Below, piece by piece: positions 46,442 to 49,922 of a stretch of 49,922 nucleotides of DNA. Position 1 is the first letter of the stretch, and the number at the start of each line of letters is the position of its first letter. Made by a program: the position numbers and the translations under genes. The notes beneath the pieces were generated by a model that saw only the letters and a list, made by a program, of their open reading frames with translations, had not been told where the DNA came from and did no database searches. The DNA lies in NCBI GenBank assembly GCA_963924785.1, contig CAWUTK010000033.1:1-49922 (forward strand), read 5' to 3'. Source of the DNA: an uncultured Opitutales bacterium (lineage in GTDB: Bacteria > Verrucomicrobiota > Verrucomicrobiia > Opitutales > CAJWYM01).

Positions 46442-48752
46442 AAGCTATTTACTCTTGGTGTTCCTATTAACCTCTTTTACTGGAGGTTTAATTGCTCAAC
46501 CGCATAAAACTAAACTCCCTCTTGTTAATGAGATTGAAGTTGTTTTTAAAGGGGCGCGAAAGGTTAGTGATCAATATATTAAAAATAATTTATCGATAAA
46601 GAAGGGAATGGTTTATAACCAAGGGTTGATTGATCAATCTATCCGCTCGCTCTATAAGACTGGTTTATTTGAATTCATTGAAATAGATATTAACACGAAT
46701 GCAGATGATTCGGTTAAGGTTACATTTTTAGTTCGGCCCAAATATGAATTGGAGAAAATTCATTTCACGGGTAATAAGAAACTTAAGTCGACCAAGCTAC
46801 TAAATAAAATTGAATCTGTTGAGGGTGAAACGCTTGATGAGTATAAATTGAAAAAAGATACGGATGCGATTAAAGAATTTTACCTAGAAAAAGGTTATTC
46901 TAGTATTGATGTCTCTTATGAAATTACCCGTTTCCCAGAAAATGGAAAAGCTGATGTGACTTTTGATGTAGATGAAGGTAAGAAAATCACTATTAAAAAA
47001 GTTAAGCTCGTTGGAAATTATAGTGTTAAGAGCCGAAAATTACTTAAGTCAATTGAAACAAAAAAACATAATTGGCTATCTTGGATGACCGGAAATGGGA
47101 AGTTTAACGAACTTACTTTTCGAGATGATTTAGATAAATTGAAAGATTATTATAAGAATTCCGGCTATTTAGATGTTGAGATTCGTGAATCAGAAGTGGT
47201 TTTTGATTACCCGCGTCCTGAAAAATTAATTATTTCAATCTATATTAATGAAGGGCAACAGTATCGTGTAGGAGATGTTTCAATTGTTGGTAATTCGCTT
47301 TATACAGAAGAAGAGTTGAAAAGCGTACTAAGGTTGAATTCAGGGGATATTTTCTCGCCGCGCCAGGTCGATTTTGATCAAGAAAACTTGAATGACTATT
47401 ACGGGAAAGAAGGTTATCTTGATACCCGTGTAAGGCCTGAGAGGAAGCCGAATTTATCAACTCGTGCAATTGATTTGGTTTATCAAGTAAGAGAAAGTGA
47501 GAAGGTTTATGTCGAATCAATTAATCTTCAGGGTAATACGAAAACAAAGAGTGTTGTGATATTGCGCGAATTGGCTTTAGCGCCAGGAGATGTTTTTGAT
47601 CTAGTTCGAATGAAGAGGAGTAAGAACCGTCTTCACAATACGCGGTTTTTTGAAGAAGAAAATTTGACCCCTGAACCGACAAATATTCCACATCGTAGAA
47701 ATTTGAGAATTGCGGTTAAGGAAAAGAGGACAGGTAATCTTACCTTTGGTGGTGGGTTTAGTTCACTCGAGCAAGTCGTGTTCTTTGCAGAGATCTCTCA
47801 GAGTAATTTTGATTTATTTAATTGGCGTTCTTTTTTTCAAGGTGATGGGCAGAAGTTTCGTTTACGCTTACAGTTAGGTTCGAAGAGTAGTGAAGCCGTT
47901 CTTTACTTTGAAGAACCTTGGTTGTTTGAAAGACAGTTGGCTTTGACTTTTGAATTGTTTCGTAAGCAATCAAATTTCAATAGTTCTTTATATGATGAAA
48001 CTAGAACGGGGATGAATCTTGGTTTAAGGAAGCGTTTATTTGAACTCGTTGAAGGTCGTATTAATTATGGTTTAGAATCGGTTGATATTTCAGATGTAGA
48101 TATTGAGGCTTCTTCAGCTATTCGATCTGAAGAGGGTTCTTCAACAACTTCTAAAATTGGGCTATCCCTATTAAGAGATACTAGGGATAACTTGCTTTTC
48201 CCTACAAAGGGAAGCCGTTATGAAATTAGCTCTGAATTGGCTGGCGGTGGGCTTGGCGGAGATAATGACTATTGGAAGGTTGAACTTCGTGGTTCGAATT
48301 TCTTTAAAACGTTTGATTTATTAGATCAAACAGCATCAGTAATTTATAGAGTGGGAGGAATTACTCCTTACGATGACAGTGTCGATGTGCCTTTCTTTGA
48401 TCGATTTTTCTTAGGTGGCCCTAATACTCTTAGAGGTTATGATCATCGTAAGGTTGGCCCGAAAGATGAGTTGAATGAACCGATTGGTGGTGATTCATTT
48501 GGAATGTTGAGTTTTGAGTACACCTTTAAATTAGCAGAGCCATTAAGGGTTGCTGCTTTTTATGATGGTGGATTCGTCAATTCAGAAGACTTTGATTATT
48601 CTTTTGATGACTATAATGATAACTGGGGCTTTGGTGCGCGTATAATGGTTATGGGCGCTCCTTTGAGGCTTGATTTGGGTTTTCCTCTTAATGCTGAAGA
48701 AGAGAATGATGGGGGCGCGCAATTCTATTTTTCTTTTGGAACTCGCTTTTAG
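46428..48752 (+). CDS. bamA: outer membrane protein assembly factor BamA (Omp85)
   Basis: Signal peptide MRLNKSYLLLVFLLTSFTGGLIAQ, five POTRA-like repeats, and a C-terminal Omp85 barrel ending in ...FYFSFGTRF. An alternative ATG lies at 46413. Followed by skp-lpxD. Confidence 0.9.
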   Translation: MRLNKSYLLLVFLLTSFTGGLIAQPHKTKLPLVNEIEVVFKGARKVSDQYIKNNLSIKKGMVYNQGLIDQSIRSLYKTGLFEFIEIDINTNADDSVKVTFLVRPKYELEKIHFTGNKKLKSTKLLNKIESVEGETLDEYKLKKDTDAIKEFYLEKGYSSIDVSYEITRFPENGKADVTFDVDEGKKITIKKVKLVGNYSVKSRKLLKSIETKKHNWLSWMTGNGKFNELTFRDDLDKLKDYYKNSGYLDVEIRESEVVFDYPRPEKLIISIYINEGQQYRVGDVSIVGNSLYTEEELKSVLRLNSGDIFSPRQVDFDQENLNDYYGKEGYLDTRVRPERKPNLSTRAIDLVYQVRESEKVYVESINLQGNTKTKSVVILRELALAPGDVFDLVRMKRSKNRLHNTRFFEEENLTPEPTNIPHRRNLRIAVKEKRTGNLTFGGGFSSLEQVVFFAEISQSNFDLFNWRSFFQGDGQKFRLRLQLGSKSSEAVLYFEEPWLFERQLALTFELFRKQSNFNSSLYDETRTGMNLGLRKRLFELVEGRINYGLESVDISDVDIEASSAIRSEEGSSTTSKIGLSLLRDTRDNLLFPTKGSRYEISSELAGGGLGGDNDYWKVELRGSNFFKTFDLLDQTASVIYRVGGITPYDDSVDVPFFDRFFLGGPNTLRGYDHRKVGPKDELNEPIGGDSFGMLSFEYTFKLAEPLRVAAFYDGGFVNSEDFDYSFDDYNDNWGFGARIMVMGAPLRLDLGFPLNAEEENDGGAQFYFSFGTRF

Positions 48753-48827
48753 TTTTAGTTGAGCAATTTCGTTTATTGAACGCTTAATCTATTTAATAAT
48801 AACACTTATTCTTACAAATTAAAAAAT

Positions 48828-49388
48828 ATGAAAATTAAATTATTACTAACACTTCTTTCTTCACTCACATTGTTAAGTGGAGTTGCTCAAGCGAATATTA
48901 AAGTTCTAACGATTGATATAGATAAGACTTTTAATGAGTTTCATAAGGTTCTTGAAGCTCGTAAGAAATTTGACGAAAAGATTGCCAATGCAAATAAAGA
49001 GGTGCAGTTGATGGTTGAGGAAGGGCAAGGCTTGTCTAAGCAATTACAGGAATCTGTTGCAAAAATTAATAACCCTGCATTGGCAGATGGTGCGAAGGTG
49101 AAAGCTAGAGAGGACGCGACTGAAATTCAACGTCAATTGAAACAGAAAGAGAATGATATTAATCAATACCGCAAGAGAATGGCGACTACTTTGAAGCAAA
49201 GGCAGCAGAATATTATAAATCTTCACATGACCGATATTAAAGATATTATTAATCAAGTAGCTGAAGATAAGGGAGCTGATTTAGTTTTAAACAAAAGTGG
49301 TAACAACGTTTTCTATTCACGTGAATCTTATGAGATTACCTCGGATGTAATAGGTATTCTTAATGCAGATGCGCCAGTAACTAAATGA
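48828..49388 (+). CDS. skp: periplasmic chaperone Skp/OmpH
   Basis: Signal peptide plus a long coiled-coil. Canonical position between bamA and lpxD. Confidence 0.85.
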   Translation: MKIKLLLTLLSSLTLLSGVAQANIKVLTIDIDKTFNEFHKVLEARKKFDEKIANANKEVQLMVEEGQGLSKQLQESVAKINNPALADGAKVKAREDATEIQRQLKQKENDINQYRKRMATTLKQRQQNIINLHMTDIKDIINQVAEDKGADLVLNKSGNNVFYSRESYEITSDVIGILNADAPVTK

Positions 49389-49430
49389 CCTTCTGTGTTA
49401 AATAGGGTAAAGATTTAGCAGAGAGTTTTT

Positions 49431-49922
49431 ATGAAGTACACTTTAACTATTGATGAAATAAGAAGTGTGCTGGATGATTGCGAGGAGAAGGGGCAATACG
49501 CAGATGGTATAAGTGGAATTGCTTCTCTTTCGGAAGCCATTGAAGGAGATTTGAGTTTCTTGGGGAATTCAAGGTATAAAAAAGATGTGGAAGGTTGTAG
49601 TGCCTCTGTATTATTTTTACCTAAAGGCTCCTCTGTTGAACCGAAAGAGGGACAGTTGATATTTCTTGTTAAAAATCCTTCGTATGCGTTGGCACTCGTT
49701 TGTGGATTACTAGAGAAAAAACATTATCCTCAACCGAAAGCAGGAATTCACTCAACTGCAGTTATAGAAGAAGGAGCCGAGGTTTCCACTTCGGCTTTTA
49801 TTGGTGCTTATACTGTTGTTTCTGAAGGATCGGTCGTTGGCGAGAATGTGGCGATTGGTTCTCATTGTTATTTGGGGCGACACACTAAGGTAGGTGAAGG
49901 ATCGGTAATAATGTCTCGTGTG
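49431..49922 (+). CDS. lpxD: UDP-3-O-acylglucosamine N-acyltransferase, N-terminal 164 aa (runs off window)
   Basis: Not in the track (no stop). Manual translation MKYTLTIDEIRSVLDD...GDLSFLGNSRYKKDVEGCSASVLFLPK...GIHSTAVIEEGAEVSTSAFIGAYTVVSEGSVVGENVAIGSHCYLG shows the LpxD N-domain followed by hexapeptide repeats. Confidence 0.9.
   Translation, partial: MKYTLTIDEIRSVLDDCEEKGQYADGISGIASLSEAIEGDLSFLGNSRYKKDVEGCSASVLFLPKGSSVEPKEGQLIFLVKNPSYALALVCGLLEKKHYPQPKAGIHSTAVIEEGAEVSTSAFIGAYTVVSEGSVVGENVAIGSHCYLGRHTKVGEGSVIMSRV

Overview
AT-rich bacterial chromosomal window from a diderm organism. Gene content and order resemble PVC-group or Verrucomicrobia-like genomes, but taxonomy cannot be fixed from sequence alone. 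Most of the window is ordinary housekeeping: tyrA (partial, missing from the ORF track), ilvD, tRNA-Ser(GCT), dprA, an ECF sigma/anti-sigma/CpxP-like operon with a clean terminator, galK, uvrC, two MscS-family channels, fabG-acpP-fabF, carB, thiD, comEC, rplY-pth-rpsF-ssb-rplI-dnaB and bamA-skp-lpxD (partial). The non-core part lies directly downstream of tRNA-Ser, at about 7.6-18.5 kb. It holds a TPP enzyme plus aldehyde dehydrogenase and an Enzyme-I-like PEP-utilising protein. Four consecutive damaged genes follow: a 5'-truncated PP2C phosphatase, a +1-frameshifted receiver domain, an APH-like kinase with an in-frame TAA, and a GH18-like gene. The GH18-like gene is cut off from its signal peptide by an 8-bp tandem duplication and lacks the catalytic Glu. 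The block also contains a hipBA toxin-antitoxin module with paired palindromic operators. It further carries two direct copies (one intact, one degenerate) of a ~180-bp repeat encoding an unannotated 54-aa ORF whose differences are mostly synonymous. I do not see a coherent, demonstrably novel multi-gene system. The best leads are the small-ORF family, the tRNA-linked decayed island, and several recoding-or-error anomalies: pth without a usable start codon, and two in-frame TAA stops followed by apparently coding sequence. All functional calls come from motif recognition by eye in the translated ORFs; no database search was run.
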